Assembly (NCBI GenBank): GCA_049615365.1
Contig: JBMZFK010000001.1
Location: forward strand, 1-50,631
Length of the DNA: 50,631 nt
DNA from: Candidatus Puniceispirillaceae bacterium
GTDB lineage: Bacteria > Pseudomonadota > Alphaproteobacteria > Puniceispirillales > Puniceispirillaceae
Direction: 5' to 3'
Below, one piece after another: positions 10,313-19,955 of the stretch (position 1 is its first letter; each line of letters opens with the position of its first letter). The notes beneath the pieces are model-generated. The model was not told where the DNA came from. It did not search any database and was given only the letters and a program-made list of their open reading frames with translations. The position numbers and the translations under genes are program-made.

Positions 10313-11299
10313 TTGTCGGATAATCTTCGCAACGAAGGCCCGCATGGCTGGGTGTGTATCCATAAACCCACCGGTATCTCTTCTGCCAGGGTGGTGGCGG
10401 TCGTCAAGCGCTGTTTTAAAGGCGTAAAGACTGGTCATGCTGGCACGCTTGACCCGTTGGCGAGCGGCGTTTTGCCAATTGCTCTGGGGGAAGCCACAAA
10501 AACCATCTCCTATGTGATGACGGCTGAAAAATCCTATCGTTTCTCAGTGAAATGGGGTGCGGAGACGCAAACAGATGATACCGAAGGCAGCATTACCCGC
10601 ACCAGTGATTATATCCCGCCTGCGAGCGCCATAGCTGAAATATTGCCGCAATTCACCGGTCTGATAGATCAAATCCCGCCTGATTATTCCGCTGTGAAAA
10701 TACAAGGCAAGCGGGCTTATGCCCTGGCCCGGTCGCGCGATAAGGCAGGCCGTGATATCCCGAATACCGAAACGCCAGCTGAGGCAGCACCCTTGCTGGC
10801 GGCGCGAAAAATTCGCATTGATAGTCTGGAGCTACTATCCGCAGAGGCGGAGGAAGCCCATTTTGAAGTGCATTGCGGCAAGGGCGCCTATATCCGGTCT
10901 TTGGCACGTGATTTGGGCCGGGCATTGGGCTCGGCTGCCCATGTTACCGCCCTGGAGAGGCGATCTGTAGGGAAATTCCACATAGATAATGCGATTTCAC
11001 TAGATTTTCTGCAAGAAATAGGGCAAGGTGCGCGCGCATCTGACTATGTTTTATCTGTCATGACTGTGCTGGACGACATCCCGGCAGTAGCCCTGACAGA
11101 TGAGGAAGCCAAACGGCTTCGATTTGGTCAGAAGCTGTCTCTGGATTTGGAACGGCAGGCATTGTTACGCCAGGCCTTTGCAGAATCAGGCGACAGAGAG
11201 CACTCAGATAGAGCGATAGCTGTTTTTGAGGGGCGCCCGGTGGCGCTTGTTCAACTGGAAAACAGCATTTTATCGCCGATGCGGGTGCTAAACTTATAA
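10313..11299 (+). CDS. truB: tRNA pseudouridine(55) synthase
   Basis: [51 protein letters not shown]; the in-frame TTG at 10313 is preferred over 10199, which overlaps rbfA. Confidence 0.96.
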   Translation: MSDNLRNEGPHGWVCIHKPTGISSARVVAVVKRCFKGVKTGHAGTLDPLASGVLPIALGEATKTISYVMTAEKSYRFSVKWGAETQTDDTEGSITRTSDYIPPASAIAEILPQFTGLIDQIPPDYSAVKIQGKRAYALARSRDKAGRDIPNTETPAEAAPLLAARKIRIDSLELLSAEAEEAHFEVHCGKGAYIRSLARDLGRALGSAAHVTALERRSVGKFHIDNAISLDFLQEIGQGARASDYVLSVMTVLDDIPAVALTDEEAKRLRFGQKLSLDLERQALLRQAFAESGDREHSDRAIAVFEGRPVALVQLENSILSPMRVLNL

Positions 11300-11342
11300 A
11301 CTTGCTGTGTTCAGGCACAGCGCTAGCATGAAGGAGTATGCG

Positions 11343-11612
11343 ATGTCGATTACGAAGGAACGCAAAGCAGAGCTTATCTCGGCTTTCGGTAAAGATGCAA
11401 ATGATTCAGGTTCAGCTGCGGTTCAGGTCGCTATTCTTACAGACCGGATTGTTTATCTGACAGAACATATGAAAACCCACAAAAAAGATTTCGCGTCGCG
11501 TCGTGGCCTATTGAAAATGGTAGGCCAGCGCCGTCACTTACTGGATTACATCCGTGCAGGTGATGAAGCTGCCTATAAAGCGCTGATCGAAAAGCTGGGT
11601 CTGCGCCGCTAA
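11343..11612 (+). CDS. rpsO: 30S ribosomal protein S15
   Basis: 89 aa, [41 protein letters not shown]; AAGGAG RBS. Confidence 0.98.
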   Translation: MSITKERKAELISAFGKDANDSGSAAVQVAILTDRIVYLTEHMKTHKKDFASRRGLLKMVGQRRHLLDYIRAGDEAAYKALIEKLGLRR

Positions 11613-12000
11613 TTTGTTGGCGGCCAGCCTGTCTGGTTTTCAAAAAACACAACTATAAACGGGTTTGCCTGCAGCTTTGTTTTTACAAACTGGCTGAAAA
11701 AGGGAGACCCGTTTTTGTGTATGGTTTTCTACATAGTGGTTGCATTTGTGCCGATAGCGTGCGATATCTGCTGACATAAACGATAGATGAAGATAGCGAA
11801 TCGAGAAAAACCGCGAAATTAGGCGTATGCGGGCGGTAAAAGACCAGACTGAGAGTCTTTTAACAACTATGCGTCCATTGACCAAACCCCATAACATTTC
11901 TCAGCAATTTCCTTGATTACGGGCCTGTAGCCGATGTGCTTGCAGGGTCTATCTTGATCATGACCGTATGTAGATGAAACAGATAAAAGAGATAAACTAG

Positions 12001-14118
12001 ATGTTCGAAATATTCAGAAAAGAAATCGATTGGGGGGGTAAGACCCTCGTTCTTGAAACAGGTAAGGTTGCGCGTCAGGCAGATGGCAGCATTATGGCCA
12101 GCATGGGCGAAACAACGGTTCTTTGTACCGCTGTGGCGGCTCGCAAGGCAAAGCCTGGCCAGGATTTCTTTCCGCTTACCGTAAATTATCAGGAAAAGAC
12201 ATTTGCCGCAGGTAAAATCCCGGGTGGATTTTTCAAGCGTGAAGGCCGGCCTTCTGAGCATGAAACCCTGACCAGCCGTTTGATTGACCGTCCAATCCGG
12301 CCTCTATTTCCAAAGGAATTCAAGTGCGAGACCCAGGTTATTTGTACCGTGCTGTCACATGATATGGAAAATGCCTCTGATATCGTTGCATTGATCGGCG
12401 CTTCAGCAGCGCTAACCCTGTCCGGTGTCCCGTTCTTTGGCCCGATTGCAGGGGCGCGTGTTGGCTATAAAGATGGTGAATATATCCTGAACCCAACGCT
12501 TTCTGAAATGGAAGATACGGCACTTGATTTGGTTGTTGCAGGTACCAAGGATGGCGTGCTGATGGTGGAATCAGAAGCAGAAGAGCTGTCTGAAGAGATC
12601 ATGCTGGGCGCGGTGAATTTTGGTCATCAGCAGATGCAGCCTGTCATTGACGCTATTATTGAGCTGGCAGAAGTCGCCGCAAAAGAGCCACGCGATCTGC
12701 CAGTTGAAGCCCCGGAAGCTGCCCCGCTGCGCGAAACGCTGGCAGGGCTGGCTCCCAAGCTGACCGCTGCTTATGATATTGCGGATAAATCAGCCCGTCA
12801 GGAAGCGTTGGCTGAAGCCCGCGCCGAAGCGGTTGAGATGGCTGGCGCAGATGCAGATGGCGTGCTGGTCTCCTCTATTGTCAAGGAAATGGAATCAGAT
12901 ATTGTTCGCTCTTCCATTTTAAAGACTGGTCAGCGTATTGATGGCCGGGATACCAAAACCGTGCGAAATATTGTTGCTGAGGTGGGTATGCTGCCCCGCA
13001 CACATGGCTCGTCCCTATTTACCAGAGGCGAGACACAGGCATTGGTGGTCTCTACCCTCGGTACTGGCCAGGATGAGCAGATGATCGATGCGCTGACGGG
13101 CGAATATCGTTCCAGATTTATGCTGCATTATAACTTCCCGCCATTTTCTGTGGGTGAGGCAGGGCGTGTTGGATCGCCTGGCCGGCGCGAAATTGGTCAT
13201 GGCAAGCTGGCATGGCGGGCGATTAATCCGCTACTGCCCTCTAAAGAAGAATTTCCCTATACCATCAGAGCGGTATCTGAAATTACCGAATCTAACGGTT
13301 CTTCTTCAATGGCGACAGTTTGCGGTACCTCTCTTGCGTTGATGGATGCCGGAGTTCCGCTAGCGCGCCCGGTAGCCGGTATTGCGATGGGTCTTATCAA
13401 GGAAGATGAAGACTATGCGGTTCTGTCCGATATTCTGGGTGATGAAGATCACTTGGGCGATATGGACTTTAAGGTCGCGGGTACAGATGCGGGCATCACT
13501 GCCTTGCAGATGGACATTAAAATCACTTCTATTACCCCTGAAATTATGGATATTGCGCTGGGTCAGGCCCGTGATGGTCGCTTGCATATCCTGGGTGAAA
13601 TGGGCAAGGCGCTAACAGGCGCACGTGATGGTCTGGCGGAATCTGCGCCAAAAATTACAACCTTCAAAATCTCTGTAGATAAAATCAGAGAGGTGATTGG
13701 ACCAGGTGGCAAGATGATCAGAGAGATTGTTGAGCAAACAGGCGCCAAGATCGATATTGATGATGATGGCAGTGTTTCTGTTGCCGCGATCAGCCAGTCT
13801 GCCAGTGATGCGGCCATTGCCCGTATCAAGGATATCGTAGCAGAGCCGGAGCTTGGCGTGATCTATGATGGCAAGGTTGTAAAAACCGTTGATTTTGGCG
13901 CGTTTGTAAACTTCCTTGGCGCACGTGACGGGCTGGTACATATTTCAGAAATGAAAAATGAGCGTGTTGCCCAGACCACAGATGTCTGTAAAGAAGGCGA
14001 TATGGTCAAGGTTAAGGTTATTGGCTTTGATGACAGAGGCAAGGTCAAGCTGTCCATGAAGCGTGTAGATCAGGAAACAGGTGCAGATCTGGAAGCTGAT
14101 AAGGGCGATGAGGAATAA
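12001..14118 (+). CDS. pnp: polyribonucleotide nucleotidyltransferase (PNPase)
   Basis: [43 protein letters not shown] and S1 domains. Confidence 0.98.
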   Translation: MFEIFRKEIDWGGKTLVLETGKVARQADGSIMASMGETTVLCTAVAARKAKPGQDFFPLTVNYQEKTFAAGKIPGGFFKREGRPSEHETLTSRLIDRPIRPLFPKEFKCETQVICTVLSHDMENASDIVALIGASAALTLSGVPFFGPIAGARVGYKDGEYILNPTLSEMEDTALDLVVAGTKDGVLMVESEAEELSEEIMLGAVNFGHQQMQPVIDAIIELAEVAAKEPRDLPVEAPEAAPLRETLAGLAPKLTAAYDIADKSARQEALAEARAEAVEMAGADADGVLVSSIVKEMESDIVRSSILKTGQRIDGRDTKTVRNIVAEVGMLPRTHGSSLFTRGETQALVVSTLGTGQDEQMIDALTGEYRSRFMLHYNFPPFSVGEAGRVGSPGRREIGHGKLAWRAINPLLPSKEEFPYTIRAVSEITESNGSSSMATVCGTSLALMDAGVPLARPVAGIAMGLIKEDEDYAVLSDILGDEDHLGDMDFKVAGTDAGITALQMDIKITSITPEIMDIALGQARDGRLHILGEMGKALTGARDGLAESAPKITTFKISVDKIREVIGPGGKMIREIVEQTGAKIDIDDDGSVSVAAISQSASDAAIARIKDIVAEPELGVIYDGKVVKTVDFGAFVNFLGARDGLVHISEMKNERVAQTTDVCKEGDMVKVKVIGFDDRGKVKLSMKRVDQETGADLEADKGDEE

Positions 14119-14151
14119 AATCGCCTGAAAATCAGGGAATAGAAAAATTAC

Positions 14152-14195
14152 TGATTAAAAAAGCTGCCTTTTAACAAGGGCGGCTTTTTTAATCA
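14152..14195. terminator. bidirectional intrinsic terminator between convergent pnp and fabI
   Basis: TGATTAAAAAAGCTGCCTT / AGGGCGGCTTTTTTAATCA inverted repeat with A and T tracts on both flanks. Confidence 0.85.
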
Positions 14196-14227
14196 AGGGC
14201 CAGCTTTTATGTATAGTCAGGTCAGAT

Positions 14228-15016
14228 TTACTCGCCGCTCTCGGCCGGCACACCAATATGATGATAACCGCCATCTACATAATGAGTCTCGCCTGTTACA
14301 CCAGAGGCCAGATCAGACAGAAGATATGCCGCCGCCCTACCCACTTCCTGAATATCGGGGTTGCGTTTTAGCGGGGCCTGTTCTTCGGAATGGCGGAAAA
14401 TATGGCGCGCCCCTGTAATGGCAGAACCGGCAAGGGTACGCATTGGTCCGGCTGACAGGGTGTTTACCCGAATATTCTGCCGCCCCAAATCCACCGCCAG
14501 ATAGCGCGTTGAGGCTTCCAGCGCGGCTTTGGCCACCCCCATCACATTATAATTTGGCGTGGTACGCACCCCGCCAAGATAAGATAGAGTCAGCAAAGAG
14601 CCGCCCTGTTCTGGCATCATATGCCGGGCTTCTGCGGCCAGCTCGGTAAAGGAAAAGGCCGATACCAGCAGGGTTTGCTCAAAATTATCCCGGCTGGTGT
14701 TATAATAGGGGCCTTTTAGCTCGGATTTGTCTGAAAACCCTATCGCATGAACGGCAAAATCTAGCTGTTCCCAATGCTGGCGCAGTTGGGTAAAGGCAGA
14801 TTTAATGCCATTTTCAGCCACGACATCACATTCAATCAGGATATCTGATCCAATTGATGCTGCCAGCGGCTCCAGCCGTTTTTTAAAGCCTTCAATCTGA
14901 TAGGTAAAAGCAAGTTCAGCCCCTTGCGTGGCCGCCGCTTCGGCAATACCCCACGCGGCAGATCGCTCATTCGCAACCCCCATAATAAGGCCTTTTTTTC
15001 CAGCCAGGATACCCAT
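14228..15016 (-). CDS. fabI: enoyl-ACP reductase
   Basis: GKKGLIMGVAN.RS.AWGIA, YNVMGVAKAALE, SAGPMRTLA. Confidence 0.95.
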   Translation of the reverse strand: MGILAGKKGLIMGVANERSAAWGIAEAAATQGAELAFTYQIEGFKKRLEPLAASIGSDILIECDVVAENGIKSAFTQLRQHWEQLDFAVHAIGFSDKSELKGPYYNTSRDNFEQTLLVSAFSFTELAAEARHMMPEQGGSLLTLSYLGGVRTTPNYNVMGVAKAALEASTRYLAVDLGRQNIRVNTLSAGPMRTLAGSAITGARHIFRHSEEQAPLKRNPDIQEVGRAAAYLLSDLASGVTGETHYVDGGYHHIGVPAESGE

Positions 15017-15049
15017 GCTAGACCTGCTCCTTTTTAATACCAGGCTATC

Positions 15050-16282
15050 TTACAGACGCGCCAGTGCCAGAGTGGCGTTTGTACCACCAAAACCAAAGCT
15101 GTTCGACAGCGCCAGAGTGATATCTTTATTTTCCATAAGCTGACGCGGTATTGGAATATCGCCAATTGCCGGATCTGGATTTTCGATATTGGCAGAAGCC
15201 CCGATAAAGTTGTTCTGCATCATCAGCAAGGTATAAATTGCTTCTTGTACTCCTGTCGCCCCCAGCGAATGACCGGTCAGGGATTTGGTAGAGGTAACAA
15301 CTGGCAGATACCCGCGCGGGCCAAACACCACCTGCACCGCTTCTAGCTCCTTGACATCTCCAACCGGTGTAGAGGTGCCATGTGCATTGATGTAATCTAC
15401 GGGCATTTCAAGGCCGTTTCCGGAAAACCCGTCCAGTGCCAGCTTCATGCAACGCTGTGCGCCTTCACCAGATGGCGCAACCATATCATGGCCATCTGAA
15501 TTGGCGCCATAGCCTACAATTTCAGCATAGATTTTCGCACCTCTGGCTTTTGCATGTTCATAATCTTCCAGCACAACCATGCCGCCACCGCCAGCGATGA
15601 CAAAGCCATCCCTGTCTGCATCATAGGCACGTGACGCTAATTCTGGCGTGTCGTTATATTTGGACGACATGGCCCCCATTGCATCAAACAGCACAGACAA
15701 GGTCCAATGCAATTCCTCGCCGCCACCAGCAAATACAATATCCTGCATGCCATAGCGAATGGCATCTGCCCCTGCGGTAATACAATGGGCCGAAGTTGAA
15801 CAGGCAGAGGAGATTGAATAATTCACGCCCTTAATTTCAAAGAAGGTAGCGATACAGGCAGATACGGTAGAGGACATACAGCGCGGTACCATATAGGGGC
15901 CAACCCGCTTTGGCCCTTTTTCACGCGTGGTATCAAAGGCGGTCAGCATATTCGCAGTAGACGGGCCACCTGAACCGGCGATCAGGCCGGTGCGCGGATT
16001 AGATACATCTGCCGGCTCCAGACCGGAATCAGCTACCGCTTGCTGCATCGCAACTACCGCATATCCTGCACCTTCGCCCATAAAGCGCATCTGTTTGCGA
16101 TCAATATGCTGGGTCAGGTCAATATCAACCGCCCCTTTTACCTGCGAGCGAAAGCCCAGTTCTGTGTAATCAGGCGCTGCGATAATGCCAGAACGTGCCT
16201 CGCGCAGAGACTGTGTAACCGCCGCTGCATCATTGCCAATTGACGAGACGATTCCAATACCTGTTATAACAACCCGCCGCAT
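15050..16282 (-). CDS. fabB: beta-ketoacyl-ACP synthase I
   Basis: [46 protein letters not shown]; coupled to fabA. Confidence 0.95.
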   Translation of the reverse strand: MRRVVITGIGIVSSIGNDAAAVTQSLREARSGIIAAPDYTELGFRSQVKGAVDIDLTQHIDRKQMRFMGEGAGYAVVAMQQAVADSGLEPADVSNPRTGLIAGSGGPSTANMLTAFDTTREKGPKRVGPYMVPRCMSSTVSACIATFFEIKGVNYSISSACSTSAHCITAGADAIRYGMQDIVFAGGGEELHWTLSVLFDAMGAMSSKYNDTPELASRAYDADRDGFVIAGGGGMVVLEDYEHAKARGAKIYAEIVGYGANSDGHDMVAPSGEGAQRCMKLALDGFSGNGLEMPVDYINAHGTSTPVGDVKELEAVQVVFGPRGYLPVVTSTKSLTGHSLGATGVQEAIYTLLMMQNNFIGASANIENPDPAIGDIPIPRQLMENKDITLALSNSFGFGGTNATLALARL

Positions 16283-16803
16283 TATTTCGCCTCCTCAGCA
16301 CCAAACAGACCCACGCGGATATCCGCCGCTTCAAAAACTGTTTCGCCGTCACACAACACGCGGCCATCGGCAATCCCCATCACCAGGCGGCGCATCAATA
16401 CCCGCTTGATATCCAGCTGAAAGGTTACCAGCTTTGCTGAGGGCAATATTTGGCCAGTAAATTTAACCTCGCCCACAGACAGGGCGCGTCCACGGCCCAA
16501 ACCGCCCAGCCAGCCAAGATGAAACCCAACCAGCTGCCAAAGCCCGTCCATACCAAGACAGCCCGGCATCACCGGATCTCCCTGGAAATGACAGGGAAAA
16601 AACCATAAATCAGGGGTAATATCCAATTCAGCTTCGATATAGCCCTTTTCATAGGCTCCCCCTGTTTCGGTGATACGCGTAATTCTGTCTGTCATCAGCA
16701 TAGGTGGGAGTGGCAATTGCGGATTGCCGGGGCCAAAAAGCTCGCCCTTTGCACAAGAAATCAGTTCATCATAGGAAAATTCATTTTGATGGGTGAGTGC
16801 CAT
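16282..16803 (-). CDS. fabA: 3-hydroxydecanoyl-ACP dehydratase/isomerase
   Basis: [34 protein letters not shown]. Confidence 0.96.
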   Translation of the reverse strand: MALTHQNEFSYDELISCAKGELFGPGNPQLPLPPMLMTDRITRITETGGAYEKGYIEAELDITPDLWFFPCHFQGDPVMPGCLGMDGLWQLVGFHLGWLGGLGRGRALSVGEVKFTGQILPSAKLVTFQLDIKRVLMRRLVMGIADGRVLCDGETVFEAADIRVGLFGAEEAK

Positions 16804-16900
16804 AGCCCTACCTTATTCGTCAGTGAAACCAGTTTAATTTTTAACTTATTTGGTTTTAGTACAGAACGCTGTAAACACCAAATCCAAGCAGAAACTTTTC

Positions 16901-17503
16901 TTACTCTACCTCTTCGTTTTCCAGTACACCCCAGAAATTCTGGCGTTTTGTCCAGCCGCGCACGTCCTTTGTTGCCAATCGGCACCATTGTTTCTCGCAA
17001 TATTGCACCTCCAGCAACACATTCCGGCCAGCGACAGCCACGATTTTTGAGCTGTCTTCGGGGCTATCATATAATTTAATTTCTGCTTTTGTGACCAATC
17101 CAAAACGTTTTAGCGATAGCAGCGAGCTATGCAGCCATCCGGTCGTGCCTTCATGATCCACAACCTTTCGCCAGACATCGAATTCTGAAATCACCTTCAG
17201 GGGCAGATTTTGGCGCACATATACCCAGTCCAGCTGATATTCGCGCCCCGGCCCGACCCGTAAATAGGCCAGATCCTTTTTTAAGGTCACAAAACGTGGC
17301 ACCGGATAGCCTGATCCGCGAATGACGGTGCGCTCGCTCAGGCTGGTTTGTTTTGCTGTATCGGCGGCGGCGCCCGGAAGGGGGGTAAGCAGGCTTCCAA
17401 AACAGAGAATAGACAGGCTTGCTAAAAGATACCGTAATCTTGTGTTTCCGGGGAAAAATGACCGAAAAATACTCTGTGAATCTGTTTTATGTGCGTATCG
17501 CAT
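16901..17503 (-). CDS. exported protein with tandem bacterial SH3 (SH3_4) domains
   Basis: Hydrophobic signal-like segment, then SGYPVPRFVTLK..LRVGPG..WVY..LPLKV..WRKV.D.EG..GW and C..QWC..GW....WGV; start uncertain. Confidence 0.85.
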   Translation of the reverse strand: MRYAHKTDSQSIFRSFFPGNTRLRYLLASLSILCFGSLLTPLPGAAADTAKQTSLSERTVIRGSGYPVPRFVTLKKDLAYLRVGPGREYQLDWVYVRQNLPLKVISEFDVWRKVVDHEGTTGWLHSSLLSLKRFGLVTKAEIKLYDSPEDSSKIVAVAGRNVLLEVQYCEKQWCRLATKDVRGWTKRQNFWGVLENEEVE

Positions 17504-17694
17504 TAATTAGGCATGCCCTTTTACTCTATGTTAAAATATTCCTTAAAAAAACAGGTATCTATTTTTTTGTTCGATCTATCTGGAGAGACATCTATACTTG
17601 ATACCGTAACTTCGGTTACAAGAAAACACGCAATCAACGAAGCAACTGTTATTTTATTGGCAGATATGTACATTTTTATAGAGGAACGCTGTTG

Positions 17695-18672
17695 ATGAAG
17701 CCGAAAGTTGTTCTGACACGAAAACTACCTGATGTCACCGAAACGCGCATGCGCGAACTTTTTGATGCCGAGCTTAGCGCACATGATATCCCGCTTGGTC
17801 CAGACGCGCTGGTAGCAGCGATGCAGGATACAGATGTTCTGGTACCAACCGTTACAGACAAATTAACCGAAGCCATTCTGGCACAGGCAGGCTCGCGGCT
17901 AAAGCTTATCGCCTCTTTTGGAACGGGAGTGGATCATATTGACCTGGCCGCCGCCAAGGCACGCGGAATCACTGTTACCAATACACCCGGCGTCCTAAGC
18001 GAGGATACAGCCGATGTCGCTATGGCCCTTATCCTGTCGGTGCCGCGCCGTCTGGTAGAGGGCGATGGGCGTGCCCGTTCTGGTAAATGGACAGGCTGGT
18101 CGCCCACAGGCATGCTAGGTCACCGGATTAATGGCAAGCGTCTGGGAATTATTGGCATGGGGCAAATTGGACAGGCGATTGCCCGGCGGGCGCGTGGGTT
18201 CGGGATGAGTGTGCATTATCATAATCGCAACGCGGTGCATCCGGCTATCGAAGCTGAACTGGAAGCGACCTATTGGGATGATTTGGATGAGATGCTTCGG
18301 CGCATGGATATTGTATCGGTTAATTGTCCCTATACAGATGCCACCAAGGGGCTGGTCAGTGCAGAACGCCTCGCGCTGATGCCAGAACATGCCTATCTGG
18401 TAAATACGGCACGCGGTGAGATTGTCGATGAAAAAGCGTTGGCTGATGCGCTGGAAGCTGGATCGATTGCAGGTGCAGGGCTGGATGTCTATGCAGATGA
18501 GCCTGCCATTGCCCAACGGCTGCGTGAACGCAATAATGTGGTGTTATTGCCGCATATAGGCTCGGCAACTATCGAAGGTCGCCATGCTATGGGTGACAAG
18601 GTCATTATCAATATCCAAACCTTTTTGGATGGGCATACCCCGCCAGACAGAGTGCTGGCCGCGATGCTGTAA
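17695..18672 (+). CDS. D-2-hydroxyacid dehydrogenase (glyoxylate/hydroxypyruvate reductase, GyaR-like)
   Basis: FGTGVDHID, NTPGVLSEDTAD, GIIGMGQIG, VNTARG, LLPHIGSAT. Confidence 0.88.
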   Translation: MKPKVVLTRKLPDVTETRMRELFDAELSAHDIPLGPDALVAAMQDTDVLVPTVTDKLTEAILAQAGSRLKLIASFGTGVDHIDLAAAKARGITVTNTPGVLSEDTADVAMALILSVPRRLVEGDGRARSGKWTGWSPTGMLGHRINGKRLGIIGMGQIGQAIARRARGFGMSVHYHNRNAVHPAIEAELEATYWDDLDEMLRRMDIVSVNCPYTDATKGLVSAERLALMPEHAYLVNTARGEIVDEKALADALEAGSIAGAGLDVYADEPAIAQRLRERNNVVLLPHIGSATIEGRHAMGDKVIINIQTFLDGHTPPDRVLAAML

Positions 18673-18702
18673 TGCGCCTTCAGCTGCAGGGACAGGCTAT
18701 TA

Positions 18703-19464
18703 TTAGGGTCTGGCGCAAACAGGACAGGCCGGGTCGGGCGAGACCGCAATTTCGGTAAAGCTGTTAGCCAGCCCATCATATAATAACAGCCGACCAATGA
18801 GCGGTGTACCAAAACCGGCAAGTATCTTCAACGCTTCTGCTGTTTGCAAACCGCCAATGACCAGGGTGGTGCTGCCCAAAATACCGGAATTCGCACAAGA
18901 AGGTGCCTGATCATAATCAAGATCTGTTTGCGGGAAAATACAGCGCAGACACGGGCTATGCGGGTCGCCCGGCACAAAACTGGTGACCTGGCCATCTGTG
19001 CGAATTGCCCCGCCAAAAATCAGTGGTGTATTCAGGCGCTGGCAGGTGGCATTGGCCAGATATCGGGTTTCCGGATTATCGGTGCAATCTATCACCAGAT
19101 CATGGGCATCCACCAGCGCGCCTGCATTTTTCTCTGTAAAACGCACCTGCTGGCACTGCACAGAAATATCTGGATTTAGCTGCTGGATAAATTGCGCGGC
19201 ACTTGCTGATTTGGGTTGCGACAGGCTTTCTGTTTTATGGATAAATTGGCGGTTCAGATTGGTTGTATCAATTATATCCTCATCCAAAATGGTCAGATGC
19301 CCCGCGCCTGCGCCTGCCAATCCGGCAATTACCGGCGCGCCCAGCCCGCCAGCGCCAAGGATAAGCACGCGCGCTTCCAGCAATTTTTTCTGCCCGTCCT
19401 CGCCCAGCTCCAACATCACCACCTGACGGGCATAGCGTTCTATTTCAGCATCACTTAACCGCAT
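18703..19464 (-). CDS. moeB: MoeB/ThiF family adenylyltransferase
   Basis: ERYARQ, GAGGLG, NLNRQ, DCTDN and two CxxC zinc motifs (CLRC, CPVC). Confidence 0.85.
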   Translation of the reverse strand: MRLSDAEIERYARQVVMLELGEDGQKKLLEARVLILGAGGLGAPVIAGLAGAGAGHLTILDEDIIDTTNLNRQFIHKTESLSQPKSASAAQFIQQLNPDISVQCQQVRFTEKNAGALVDAHDLVIDCTDNPETRYLANATCQRLNTPLIFGGAIRTDGQVTSFVPGDPHSPCLRCIFPQTDLDYDQAPSCANSGILGSTTLVIGGLQTAEALKILAGFGTPLIGRLLLYDGLANSFTEIAVSPDPACPVCARP

Positions 19465-19505
19465 AAAATTTTTCCAGCGTTATCTCCCGGTATTATTTCT
19501 CAGCA

Positions 19506-19955
19506 TTACTGGCCGGTTGAGCCAAACCCCGCTGTTCCTCTGATGGTTTTATCCAAAGTTTTCACGGTTTCAAATTCTGCCTGAATAACCGGGGCAATGA
19601 CCAGCTGTGCGATACGCATGCCATGGCTAATTTCAATAGGCTCCTGACCCAGATTGATCACAATCACTTTTACCTCGCCGCGATAATCTGCATCAATGGT
19701 GCCAGGCGCGTTCACCAGACTAAGCCCCTGTTTCAGGGCGAGACCAGAACGTGGACGAAGCTGGGCTTCATAGCCTCGGGGGATGGACATCGCCAATCCG
19801 GTGGGGATAGCGGCGCGTTCCAAAGGTTGCAGAATTACACTTGCCTCTGGCAAGGCGGCGCGTATATCTGCCCCGGCTGCTGCGGTGCTTTCATAGGCGG
19901 GCAGTAAAAGGTCTTGTGCATGTGCAAGTTTCTGGAAGCTAACTTTGATGGTCAT
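19506..19955 (-). CDS. dut: dUTP diphosphatase
   Basis: AAGADI, RPRSGLA, GTIDADYRGE, RIAQL, RGTAGFGSTG. Confidence 0.97.
   Translation of the reverse strand: MTIKVSFQKLAHAQDLLLPAYESTAAAGADIRAALPEASVILQPLERAAIPTGLAMSIPRGYEAQLRPRSGLALKQGLSLVNAPGTIDADYRGEVKVIVINLGQEPIEISHGMRIAQLVIAPVIQAEFETVKTLDKTIRGTAGFGSTGQ

Noticed and set aside
17578-17666. Glycine riboswitch before the glyoxylate reductase gene (TCTGGAGAGA...CCGTAA)
   Set aside because: It lacks the CCGAAG and CTCTCAGG core elements; a cmscan hit to the glycine model would overturn this.
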